32,000 bases of DNA from Zymomonas mobilis subsp. mobilis ATCC 10988 (GCF_000175255.2 NC_017262.1:1980001-2012000); one strand, 5' to 3'. Shown: positions 10,043 to 19,191, counted from the first letter of the stretch. Numbers and translations are program-made. The notes: generated from the sequence alone by a model not told the origin.

Positions 10043-10112
10043 ATTTTATTGCACTGATCTAAAAGCAGGGGGACTATAACCGCTTTTGGCGGTTATAATA
10101 TGCTATAAATAT

Positions 10113-11021
10113 ATGATGCAAAAATGGAAGAATACGGATGTGCATGGCCTAAAAAGCATCATTGGTGAAGAACTGACAAAGACGGTTTTGCCGGAAATAT
10201 CCGATATGGCGGCCGCTATTGCTGCACGGCATGGCTCTTCACGGGCTGTTCTTTTTTACGGCTCGGCTTTACGCGCGACTGATCTTGATGGCCTGATGCT
10301 GGATTTTTACCTGATTGTTGATGATTATCATCAGGCTTATTCTCATCGCTGGTTGGCATGGGCGAATAAAGCACTGCCACCTAATGTTTTTCTTTTCCGT
10401 TACAAGGATTTTGTCGCCAAATATGCGGTGCTGACGCTTTCGGATTTCCGGCGGCTGGCGTCACTTGAAACCTTGTCGGTTTCGGTCTGGGCGCGCTTTG
10501 CCCAACCCAGTCGCTTGGTCTGGGCAAAAGACAAAGATTCTGTCACCGCAACAATCGCTGTTGTGGCTTGTGCGGCACCCACTCTTTTGGAAGCAGCGGC
10601 ACCGCTCTTCTCGGGATCAAAAGATCCCCTTGACCGCTGGCGCGAAGCCTTCCGCTTGACCTATCAAGCCGAATTGCGGGTTGAAAAATCGGACGGTCGG
10701 GCTGATCTGATCGTGGACAGCAATCCCGAATATTACCGCCATATTACCCAAGCGGTTGTCGCTCATATCAGCCGAAATTTACCGAGCCGTAAGCAGGCTT
10801 TGCGCTTATGGGCAAAAAGAAGATGGCGCGGCAAATGGCTTAGTATTTTCCGCTTGGCCAAGGCTAGTTTCACCTTCGCAGGTGGGCTTGATTATCTTGC
10901 ATGGAAAATCAACCGCCATGCAGGCACTCAAATCATGATCAAGCCTTGGCAACGCCGTTTTCCGATTATTGGGGCATTAACACTTCTGCCCCGCTTACTT
11001 GCCAAAGGCACCGTGCGCTAA
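10113..11021 (+). CDS. Tam41/Mmp37-like nucleotidyltransferase-fold protein (putative lipid cytidylyltransferase)
   Basis: The ordered pattern FYGSAL..-LDFYLIVDD-...PPNVFLF...AKYAVLTLSDF...WARFAQPSRLVW parallels the Tam41 blocks YGSGVF / IDxIxxV / VYFN / KYGVV / AGRLQKP. This is recognition by eye only. The ATG at 10113 is preferred over the tracked TTG at 10086. Confidence 0.45.
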   Translation: MMQKWKNTDVHGLKSIIGEELTKTVLPEISDMAAAIAARHGSSRAVLFYGSALRATDLDGLMLDFYLIVDDYHQAYSHRWLAWANKALPPNVFLFRYKDFVAKYAVLTLSDFRRLASLETLSVSVWARFAQPSRLVWAKDKDSVTATIAVVACAAPTLLEAAAPLFSGSKDPLDRWREAFRLTYQAELRVEKSDGRADLIVDSNPEYYRHITQAVVAHISRNLPSRKQALRLWAKRRWRGKWLSIFRLAKASFTFAGGLDYLAWKINRHAGTQIMIKPWQRRFPIIGALTLLPRLLAKGTVR

Positions 11022-11047
11022 TAGCTTTAAACGCATCTGAAATGGAA

Positions 11048-11080
11048 AGAACCGGCCTAGACAGCCGGTTCTTTTTTATT
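11048..11080 (+). terminator. Intrinsic terminator of the 8.5-11.0 kb operon
   Basis: AGAACCGGC / GCCGGTTCT 9-bp stem with a 7-nt loop, followed by TTTTTTATTTT. Confidence 0.8.
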
Positions 11081-13301
11081 TTCCAAGATTTTGTAATAAG
11101 CCTGTTGTCAGAATTTGCGGCAATATCTGAATTTCGCCATCGGCGGGATAATAGAGATAAAGCGGAATACCCGAACGATGCATCTTGGACAGAAAACGGG
11201 TAATTTCAGGATCACCATTTGTCCAATCGCCATGCAAGGTAACAATACCCTTCTGCCGGAAAGCCTGACGAGTGCTATCACGATCAATCGCCATTTTCTC
11301 GTTGACCTTACAAGTCAGACACCAATCTGCCGAAAAATAGATGAAAAGCGGTTTTTTCTGGCGATGTAATTCTTCAACCGCTTGTTCACTAAAAGGCTCT
11401 ATCTCCGGCGCATCTTTAGCGTTTTCGACTTTTGGATTTGTCTCACTTGCAATCGGATGGGCAGGGGTAAAAGAACCAATCACCACTGAAAATAGGATCG
11501 CTATCGCCGCAGGTAAAAAGCTGTAATTCTTTCCCTTATGTTGGCGTTTTCCTGTCCACCATAACCCTGTTGCCGATATCAGACAGATACCGAAGGCAAC
11601 AATTAAACCATCCGTTCCGATCTGATGCCCTAATGTCCATCCCAACCACAAGGCAGTGATAAACATCGGAATAGCCAAAATATGGCGCATCGTGGCCATC
11701 CATGCCCCGGGTCTTGGCAATAATTTCCGTATCGGCGGGACAAAACCAATCGCCAAAAAGGGCAGTGCCATACCAATACCCAATCCGGCAAAAACCATCA
11801 GGGATTCAATCGGTGACAAGACCAAGGCAACCCCGATCGCTGCCGCCATAAAGGGACCCGTGCAAGGGGTCGCAATAAAGGCGGCCAAAGCGCCCGTGGT
11901 AAAGGCACCTAAAAGGCTATCCTGTTTTGGATTAGCTCCGCCGTTAAAACTCGGAAGCTCAAATAATCCGGCCAGATTAAAACCAATCATGGCGGTTAAA
12001 ACCATCAAAGCCAAAACGATATGGGGATATTGCAACTGGAATGCCCATCCAACGGCATGCCCTCCCGCTCGAAACAAAAGAAGTGCCGCACCCAATCCCA
12101 AACAGACCATAATCACACCAGCGCTATAGGCTGAGGCTTCTAACCGATGGGCTTTTTCAGGGGCATGGGTGCGGGCAAGGCTCAAGGCCTTCAGGCTCAA
12201 GATAGGAAAGACGCAAGGCATGATATTTAAAATCAGCCCACCCAAAAACGCCCCTGCCAAAGCCAACCATAACAGCTTGCCATTATGTCCTTTTCCTACA
12301 GAGGGAGTTTCATTTTGTGCTGTATTCTGTTGCGGGGAAGCTGTCGCTTTGGCTTGGCCTTCTTCACTTGATGCCGTCAAAATAACGGGATTTTTGTCCG
12401 GTAGAGAGATATTGCCTTTTTGAGCATTGACCAAGAAACCCTTTCCGTCTTTTAAACGGAAAACGCCGGTTATAGCGGAGGGAATAGAGGCTTTTTCCCG
12501 CAAGGGCAGGGTCAGAAAAAGGGCGTTACCCTCACGAAGCAAGCGTTGATCGGCACTATAGTCAAACACGCCATCTTGTGACGGGAAAAACCACACGCCA
12601 TTGATCGTGGTATCAAGCTTTTCGGTTTCGGGATAATCCAGTTTCAGAATGATTTGATTCTGTTGTTGGGCAAATAAAGCCTGCCTTCCAGTTGTTTCTG
12701 GTAAAGCCCGTCGAAAGGCCTGAAATAGTTGGCTATTATCCGCTGTAATTTCACCCTTACCGATATGCAGCAACAAATGACGTTCGGCCGTTTCTGGCAC
12801 ACAGCTGGTATCGGTGCAGGCCAACCAATTTAACTGCGCCGATATCGGCAAAGCTGTTCCCACAGGCAAGCCGGCCGGAATATCCAGATCAATCAACAAG
12901 CGATAATCATGCTGATAGACATAGCTCATTAAACCGGCGACTTTCATCTTTTCCGGTATCGGATACTGGATAGCCGAGGTTTTAATTTTATAAGGAAAAT
13001 GCCAGATTATTTCGGTTTCTTGTCCGGCATCACCCCCGTTTTTCCAATAACCATGCCAGCCCTGATGGGGCTTCATTTCCAAGGCTACGGTCACCTTTGT
13101 CCCTGCTTTAGGGGTTAAGGTCTCTGCGATAAATTGTGGCTCGATATGCAAATCGCTATCGGACAAAGTCGCGGCAGAAAGGGGATAGATGAAAAGGGCT
13201 AAAGCCCAGCAAAAAAGGCAGCCAAAGGCGCGGTAAACGGAGGCCAATATCGTCATAACCCTCACGGTAACATTTCTTTTCATGAAAGCAAGAAAGAACA
13301 A
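11076..13301 (-). CDS. dsbD: DsbD/ScsB-type thiol:disulfide reductase (periplasmic N-domain, DsbD membrane core, C-terminal thioredoxin)
   Basis: 741 aa. The TM core has MPCVFPIL and ATPCTGPF. The C-terminal thioredoxin has FSADWCLTCK. The large N-terminal periplasmic domain contains CTDTSC. The exact start is uncertain. Confidence 0.85.
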   Translation of the reverse strand: MFFLAFMKRNVTVRVMTILASVYRAFGCLFCWALALFIYPLSAATLSDSDLHIEPQFIAETLTPKAGTKVTVALEMKPHQGWHGYWKNGGDAGQETEIIWHFPYKIKTSAIQYPIPEKMKVAGLMSYVYQHDYRLLIDLDIPAGLPVGTALPISAQLNWLACTDTSCVPETAERHLLLHIGKGEITADNSQLFQAFRRALPETTGRQALFAQQQNQIILKLDYPETEKLDTTINGVWFFPSQDGVFDYSADQRLLREGNALFLTLPLREKASIPSAITGVFRLKDGKGFLVNAQKGNISLPDKNPVILTASSEEGQAKATASPQQNTAQNETPSVGKGHNGKLLWLALAGAFLGGLILNIMPCVFPILSLKALSLARTHAPEKAHRLEASAYSAGVIMVCLGLGAALLLFRAGGHAVGWAFQLQYPHIVLALMVLTAMIGFNLAGLFELPSFNGGANPKQDSLLGAFTTGALAAFIATPCTGPFMAAAIGVALVLSPIESLMVFAGLGIGMALPFLAIGFVPPIRKLLPRPGAWMATMRHILAIPMFITALWLGWTLGHQIGTDGLIVAFGICLISATGLWWTGKRQHKGKNYSFLPAAIAILFSVVIGSFTPAHPIASETNPKVENAKDAPEIEPFSEQAVEELHRQKKPLFIYFSADWCLTCKVNEKMAIDRDSTRQAFRQKGIVTLHGDWTNGDPEITRFLSKMHRSGIPLYLYYPADGEIQILPQILTTGLLQNLGK

Positions 13302-13415
13302 GTTTAAGATAGTTCTATCGCAAGTTTATTAAGGGCTGGTCGTTCAGAAATCTTTCTTGTAGGCTCCCCCCATCGGCGTTTTTCAAAGCCCCATCCCAAG
13401 ACAGAAAGATCAAAA

Positions 13416-15182
13416 ATGGTTTCTCTTCGGCACCGTCCGTTTCTGACGGCTTTTTCTGCGCTTATTGCTTTTTCAAGCAGCCATCTGGCCATGGCACGTC
13501 AAACCCAAAAACCGGTGACGGTCACAAAAGAAATCGACTGGTCTGATGTTGCCCATCTGCCTAAAAAATCAACCGCCTCTCACGCTATGGTAGCGGCGGC
13601 CAATCCTTTGGCGGTAAAGGCTGGATATGATGTCTTGAAAGCAGGCGGCAGTGCCGTTGATGCAGCGGTTGCTATCCAAGCCGTTTTGGGGCTGGTTGAA
13701 CCACAAAGTTCAGGCATCGGCGGCGGTGCTTTCATGACCTATTATGATGCCAAAACCCATAAAGTAACGGCCTATAATGGGCGAGAAACCGCTCCGGCTG
13801 ATGCTACGCCTGATATGTTTTTGGATGATAATAAAAACCCGATTCCGTTTAAACAGGCGGTTGTTTCCGGTCGCGCCACGGGTGTTCCGGGGGCTGTTGC
13901 TATGCTGGAATTGGCACAAAAAGAACATGGTATTTTGCCATGGCGTCAATTATTTACGCCTGCGATTGCCCTAGCCGAGCAAGGCTTTACCGTTTCGCCA
14001 CGCCTTGCCAGCATGATTAACGGCCATTCCCCCGAAGCCTATACCGAAGACGCTATCCGCTATTTTGTTAAAGCTAACGGAGAACGCTATCAGGCCGGTG
14101 ATATTTTAAAGAATCCTGATTATGCGAATAGTTTGAAGGCCATTTCCGAAAAAGGTTCGGCTGCCTTGCTCACGGGGGCGATTGCACAGGCGATTGTAGA
14201 TAAAGTCCATCAAGCGCCTTTGGCGGGCAGTATGACGATGGCTGATCTTGCGGGTTATCGCCCGAAAGAAAGCGCCGCTTTATGTAAAGGCTATCATCTC
14301 TATGTCGTCTGCACTCCCGATGCGCCTTCAGGTGGCGTTGGGTTGCAAGAGGCTTTAGGCTTGCTCTCACATACCGATATTGATCGCCGCAATGCCGATG
14401 ATCCGAAAGCATGGTTGGAATTTGCCGAAGCTAGCCGTCTTGCCTATGCTGACCGCGATTATTTTGTCGGTGATCCTGATTTTGTAAAAGTGCCGGTCAC
14501 CGGATTATTAGACCCTCATTATATCGCCGAAAGGGCAAAATTGATTGGCGATAAAGCCAATCCCCAAGCCCCCAGCCACGGTAATCCCAAAGGCGCGCCC
14601 AGCTATAGCATGGATGCAACGGCTGAACCGGGCGGCACAACCCATCTTGTTATTGTCGATAGCAAGGGAAATGCTGTCTCGATGACGACGACGGTTGAAA
14701 ATATCTTTGGCTCTGGTCGTATGGTGGGCGGTTTCTTCCTAAACAACCAATTGACAGATTTTTCTTTCTCGCCACAGGCCTATGACAATACACCGGCCGC
14801 GAATGCTGTTGCGGGTGACAAACGTCCCCGTTCAACGATGGCACCGACACTGGTCTTTAACCAGAAAGGCCAATTTGTCGCTGCCTTGGGTTCACCAGGG
14901 GGCAGCTCTATTCAGGCCTACAATCTGAAAGCGATTGTGGCCCTTCTCGATTGGCATATGCCGGTTGATCAAGCCTTGGCGCTTCCCAATCTGGTCGCCC
15001 ATGGCACGCTTTTTCTTTCCGACCCGTTTCCTGCCAAGGTATCACAAGGCCTGAAGGATTTAGGCGTTACGCTAACACCGGCAGAGCATGAAGAATCCGG
15101 CCTTCAAGCGATTATCAAACGGGGTAACTATTACGAAGGCGGTGCCGATATCAGAAGAGAAGGCACGGCCGTCGGCTTCTAA
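13416..15182 (+). CDS. ggt: Gamma-glutamyltransferase
   Basis: 588 aa with a signal peptide. Autoprocessing/nucleophile block GGTTHLVIVDSKGNAVSMTTTVE and SPGGSSI. Confidence 0.92.
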   Translation: MVSLRHRPFLTAFSALIAFSSSHLAMARQTQKPVTVTKEIDWSDVAHLPKKSTASHAMVAAANPLAVKAGYDVLKAGGSAVDAAVAIQAVLGLVEPQSSGIGGGAFMTYYDAKTHKVTAYNGRETAPADATPDMFLDDNKNPIPFKQAVVSGRATGVPGAVAMLELAQKEHGILPWRQLFTPAIALAEQGFTVSPRLASMINGHSPEAYTEDAIRYFVKANGERYQAGDILKNPDYANSLKAISEKGSAALLTGAIAQAIVDKVHQAPLAGSMTMADLAGYRPKESAALCKGYHLYVVCTPDAPSGGVGLQEALGLLSHTDIDRRNADDPKAWLEFAEASRLAYADRDYFVGDPDFVKVPVTGLLDPHYIAERAKLIGDKANPQAPSHGNPKGAPSYSMDATAEPGGTTHLVIVDSKGNAVSMTTTVENIFGSGRMVGGFFLNNQLTDFSFSPQAYDNTPAANAVAGDKRPRSTMAPTLVFNQKGQFVAALGSPGGSSIQAYNLKAIVALLDWHMPVDQALALPNLVAHGTLFLSDPFPAKVSQGLKDLGVTLTPAEHEESGLQAIIKRGNYYEGGADIRREGTAVGF

Positions 15183-15190
15183 GACATCAA

Positions 15191-15236
15191 AACACCCCTG
15201 TAATCAAAGCGATAACGCTCTGGCTACAGGGGTGTT
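15191..15236. terminator. Hairpin between convergent ggt and ctrA
   Basis: 12-bp inverted repeat AACACCCCTGTA / TACAGGGGTGTT with a 22-nt loop, followed by TAAAT. Confidence 0.55.
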
Positions 15237-15316
15237 TAAATCGGTCAAAATATCCTGCTGATAGATACGATTCTTATCGTAACCGATCTAAAGTAAATCC
15301 ACTCGCAACGGAAATT

Positions 15317-16021
15317 TTAAGCCTGCTGGCCTTCCAATTCGGCATGTTCTGCTTCGCGCAAGATGTAACCGCGTCCCCAGACCGTTTCGATATAATTTTC
15401 GTCAGGATAGGCTTTGTTCAGCTTTTTCCGCAGTTTGCAGACAAAGACATCAATAATTTTTAATTCCGGTTCATCCATCCCACCATAAAGATGGTTCAAG
15501 AACATTTCTTTCGTGATGGTGGTGCCTTTTCTCAAAGACAGCAATTCCAATATGGCATATTCTTTACCGGTCAGATGAACAGGCTTGTTATCAATCTCGA
15601 CTGTTTTACTATCAAGATTGACGGTTAAACGGCCTGTTTTAATAATTGACTGGGAATGGCCTTGGGAACGGCGAACAACGGCTTGAATACGGGCAATCAA
15701 TTCTTCCTGATGGAAAGGCTTGGTCAAATAATCATCAGCCCCAAAGCCCAAAGCCCGCACTTTGGATTCCATTTCGGCAATACCAGACAATACAATGATC
15801 GGCGTTTTTACCTGCGCCGTCCGTAACGTCTTTAATACTTCATAGCCATGCATATCGGGCAAATTGAGATCAAGACAAATGATATCATAATCATACAGCT
15901 TGCCCAGATCGATGCCTTCTTCGCCAAGGTCTGTCGTATAGACATTGAAACGCTTTTTCGTCAGCATCAATTCGATAGATTTCGCCGTTGTCGGCTCATC
16001 TTCTATCAATAAAACACGCAT
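15317..16021 (-). CDS. ctrA: Cell-cycle response regulator CtrA (OmpR-type)
   Basis: MRVLLIEDE...[14 protein letters not shown]...LSG...[10 protein letters not shown]...[48 protein letters not shown]...[10 protein letters not shown] is near-diagnostic for CtrA. Confidence 0.93.
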   Translation of the reverse strand: MRVLLIEDEPTTAKSIELMLTKKRFNVYTTDLGEEGIDLGKLYDYDIICLDLNLPDMHGYEVLKTLRTAQVKTPIIVLSGIAEMESKVRALGFGADDYLTKPFHQEELIARIQAVVRRSQGHSQSIIKTGRLTVNLDSKTVEIDNKPVHLTGKEYAILELLSLRKGTTITKEMFLNHLYGGMDEPELKIIDVFVCKLRKKLNKAYPDENYIETVWGRGYILREAEHAELEGQQA

Positions 16022-16207
16022 TCTCCATTCCCCGTTATAGCTGTCATACTATTATTATAGTTGACAGGTTAACTACGCCCCCTGCCATCAACTATCTTTT
16101 TCCTAGATATCTCCGTATCTTTGATGAAAAAGAAAGAAAGCCAGCATTCCATGAATTTTTATTATGTGATCAAAAAGAAGAATGCTGACATCTATAATAA
16201 TTTACGA

Positions 16208-16903
16208 TCAAGATTCTGTTTTATATTTTAACTCTAAAAAGCGCTGCTGAGTAGCCAATTTATCAAGATCATGATGGGCAAGCTCTTCTTCTATGCGACC
16301 TAGTGCCTGATTGATCACATCTAGGCCGGTTGCAAGCTGTGAATCAGGGCTATCCAGACCAGCGCGTTTCTGTGTTCTTAAGTTAACGGGTATTTCGACA
16401 TAGCCTTTAACCAATTCCGGCATTTCTTCACTGACCAATTTTCGCATCTGGGTCGCTGTCGGATCATCTTCCGGCAGTTTTTCGGTGACAGAGGACAAAT
16501 GCGATAATTTATCAAGGATCGATTCTGCCAAAGGACGGGCAGGCGGCGGCAAAGCCTGTTTCTGGGCTGACAGCCATGAAGCGGCCTGCGACGGTAATTG
16601 TTTTAAAGACTGTTTTTGCAAATTTTCAATTTTAACCGGACGCGGCAAGGGCAGGGTCAAAGGTGCCAAAATACTCCCCAAGACCAAGGCCGCAAAAGTC
16701 AGGATAATACCAGAAATGCCCAGCGGATGGATAAAACCAATAATAAAGGCGGCCAGTATAATCGCCGCATCCGTTACACATAGCCGCTTTAGTCGCCGTC
16801 CTAACAGGCTTTTCTTTGCAAAGGCGCGGCTTGCTTCTTGACCATCCCGAAGCCTTGCCAAAACAGCCTGCGCTTCCAAAAGTATTTGCTGATTACTGGC
16901 CAT
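16208..16903 (-). CDS. XpaC-like membrane protein (5-bromo-4-chloroindolyl phosphate hydrolysis protein family)
   Basis: 231 aa with two adjacent TM helices followed by a coiled C-terminal region. It starts 9 nt after the telA-like stop. This is the same pairing as yaaN-xpaC in Bacillus. The call rests on architecture and context only. Confidence 0.5.
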   Translation of the reverse strand: MASNQQILLEAQAVLARLRDGQEASRAFAKKSLLGRRLKRLCVTDAAIILAAFIIGFIHPLGISGIILTFAALVLGSILAPLTLPLPRPVKIENLQKQSLKQLPSQAASWLSAQKQALPPPARPLAESILDKLSHLSSVTEKLPEDDPTATQMRKLVSEEMPELVKGYVEIPVNLRTQKRAGLDSPDSQLATGLDVINQALGRIEEELAHHDLDKLATQQRFLELKYKTES

Positions 16904-16912
16904 TTATTTCCC

Positions 16913-18187
16913 TTACAAAGGCTTGAACGGATCTCCTGTCGGAACCGTTTTAGAAGCCGCCGCCGCAGGCGGTGCATTTTTGTCCTCTGCCTGCATCAAC
17001 TGTTTCATTGCTTGGTCTTGACCTTGGCCGGAACCTTGCGCCCGCGCAATATAACCGCGTGATTTCTCAATTTCGTCAGACAAGACATCGACCGTCTGTT
17101 TCATCGAAGACAAGGCTTGGACTTTATATTGGTCAATAGAATCCATGGTTGCATAGATATTGCTAAAGGCACGCTTCAGAACATCGAGTGGGATCGTTGC
17201 CGATGCCGCTTGTTTCTGAATCTCTCCGGTCTGGTTTCTTAACATTTCGCCAGTGGAATCGATAATATTCGCCGTCGTGCTGTTCAAAGCATTGATCTGT
17301 TCCAGAACAAGCTTTTGGTTGGTCAAAGCCTGCGCCACGGTCACGGCTGTTTTTAGGGCGGCCACTGTCGTTGTCGAAGCGCGATCAACCCCTTTAATCA
17401 GTTCGATATTATTCTTTCTGACCAGATCCAATGCCAGATAGCCCTGAACACTCACGGCTAATTGGGTCAAAAGATCTGTTACCCGTTGCCGGACATAGAA
17501 CAGCGCGCTTTCCCGCAAGGTCTTGGCTTTGGCTGGATCGCTGATGTCCAGCTCATGACTTTTGGCTTCCAACTGGCTATCCAGCGTTTTCGCCATATAA
17601 ATCATCTGTTCCAGACGTTCCAACGTCGCCCATAAGGTCTGGCGCTCAACGTCAATCGCCGCATTATCTTTCAACAATTCATCCTTACCGCTTTCAAGAC
17701 TGGTAAGAATGGTGCCGATATGGGATTGCGCCGATTTATAGCTGTCGAAATAATCGCGGAGCTTGTTTCCGAAAGGAATAATACCAAAAATCTTCTTGGG
17801 CGCCGTTAAATCACCGCGTTTTCCGGGATCAAGGTCTTCGATCACCCGCCGCAACTGGGCAAGATTGGAACCAATGGGGCTACTGCCATCCATGGCTTTA
17901 ACCGGACGATCCAAAAAACGATTAGATTGATTGGCGGCTTCCCGAATTTCATTGCGTCCCAGATTGATGATAGAATCAACTTTTTTGCCAAATTCGGGGC
18001 TATTGGGATTTTCGGCCACCAGTTCTTCAATAAAGCCGCTCACCTTGGCTTCAAGCTGGCTTTTTTTGCCATCATCCAATGGGACTAAACCATCGGCTTT
18101 TTCTGTCGAAACGGGTGGAACAGGATCAGGGGGAGTTAGCTTTAAATCAGCATTATTCTGACCAGCGGCATTATTTTCTGTAACCAT
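16913..18187 (-). CDS. telA: TelA / YaaN-family toxic anion resistance protein
   Basis: About 424 aa, all-helical, with characteristic N-terminal blocks (VSGFIEELVAENPNSPEFGKKVDSIINLGRNEIREAANQSNRFLDRPVKAM). ATG at 18187 is preceded by GGGGAG. Confidence 0.8.
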   Translation of the reverse strand: MVTENNAAGQNNADLKLTPPDPVPPVSTEKADGLVPLDDGKKSQLEAKVSGFIEELVAENPNSPEFGKKVDSIINLGRNEIREAANQSNRFLDRPVKAMDGSSPIGSNLAQLRRVIEDLDPGKRGDLTAPKKIFGIIPFGNKLRDYFDSYKSAQSHIGTILTSLESGKDELLKDNAAIDVERQTLWATLERLEQMIYMAKTLDSQLEAKSHELDISDPAKAKTLRESALFYVRQRVTDLLTQLAVSVQGYLALDLVRKNNIELIKGVDRASTTTVAALKTAVTVAQALTNQKLVLEQINALNSTTANIIDSTGEMLRNQTGEIQKQAASATIPLDVLKRAFSNIYATMDSIDQYKVQALSSMKQTVDVLSDEIEKSRGYIARAQGSGQGQDQAMKQLMQAEDKNAPPAAAASKTVPTGDPFKPL

Positions 18188-18270
18188 CAAGCGGCACTCC
18201 CCAACTATCCATCTGTAAAATCTGGCCTTTTATTTCCGGTCTTCAAGAGACGAAAAGAAATTTAACGCTT

Positions 18271-19191
18271 TTACCTGACCCATTCCAAACCGATTTCATT
18301 ATAAATGTCGCGATCTTCATCCCATCTCGGGCTGACTTTAACATGCAGGAATAGATGAACTTTGCAGCCTAAAATCTGGGATAATTCGGCACGGGCTTTA
18401 CTGCCGATTTCTTTCAGCCTTGCACCATGATGACCGACAACAATCGCCTTTTGGGAATCGCGGGCGATCAAGATTTGCTGATGAATAGCGACCGAACCAT
18501 CTTTCCGCTCTTCATATTTTTCGGTTTCAACTGCGGCGGCATAGGGTAATTCATCATGAAGCTGTAAAAAGATTTGTTCGCGGGTAATTTCTGCTGCCAA
18601 CATACGATCCGTGACATCTGACACCTGATCTTCTGGGAAATGCCATGGGCTTTCCGGCATCATATCCGCCAAAGAACGCTTAAGATCGGCGACCCCATCT
18701 CCGGTTGTGGCCGAAACCATAAACAAGGCTTCCGGCTTGATCGCTTCATAAAGCTTTTGTGCCAAAGCCAGTAATTCAGCTTTCGGGGTGATATCGACTT
18801 TATTCAGAATAATAACTTTGGGTTCTTTACGGGCGGCAACAGCTTCCACCAAAGGTTCAATTCGGCGGGTAAGACCAGAAGAGGCATCCACCACCAAAGC
18901 CACGAGATTGGCACCTTCGGCACTGCCCCAAGCGGCGGCAACCATCGCGCGATCAAAACGCTTTTTCGGGGTAAAAATACCGGGCGTATCCACTAACAAG
19001 ATCTGGGTCTGATCCTGCAAGGCAATACCCATTAAACGGGCGCGGGTTGTCTGCGCCTTGGGGCTGATAATGGCAATTTTCTGGCCAACCAACGCATTAA
19101 CAAGGGTTGATTTACCAGCATTCGGCGCACCCACAATGGCGACCAGACCGCAATGCTGGGTATTCTCTGAAGGCGTATTCGTATCTTTCAT
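18271..19191 (-). CDS. era: GTPase Era
   Basis: G1 GAPNAGKST, G3 DTPG, G4 NKVD, and a C-terminal KH domain (IVVGHHGARLKEIGSKAR). Confidence 0.93.
   Translation of the reverse strand: MKDTNTPSENTQHCGLVAIVGAPNAGKSTLVNALVGQKIAIISPKAQTTRARLMGIALQDQTQILLVDTPGIFTPKKRFDRAMVAAAWGSAEGANLVALVVDASSGLTRRIEPLVEAVAARKEPKVIILNKVDITPKAELLALAQKLYEAIKPEALFMVSATTGDGVADLKRSLADMMPESPWHFPEDQVSDVTDRMLAAEITREQIFLQLHDELPYAAAVETEKYEERKDGSVAIHQQILIARDSQKAIVVGHHGARLKEIGSKARAELSQILGCKVHLFLHVKVSPRWDEDRDIYNEIGLEWVR

Noticed and set aside
11656-12129. 157-aa plus-strand ORF antisense to the DsbD-type gene
   Set aside because: It mirrors the TM-rich region of dsbD and translates to Ala/Lys/Pro/Gly-rich low-complexity sequence. 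It has no Shine-Dalgarno sequence and no motif.
471-16067. Recurring TGTCA/TGACA palindromes (471-495, about 4422-4465, 16041-16067) as a shared operator motif
   Set aside because: The spacing and flanks differ at each site. One is better explained as a terminator hairpin. A 5-mer core recurs too easily by chance. A proper motif search would be needed before claiming a regulon.
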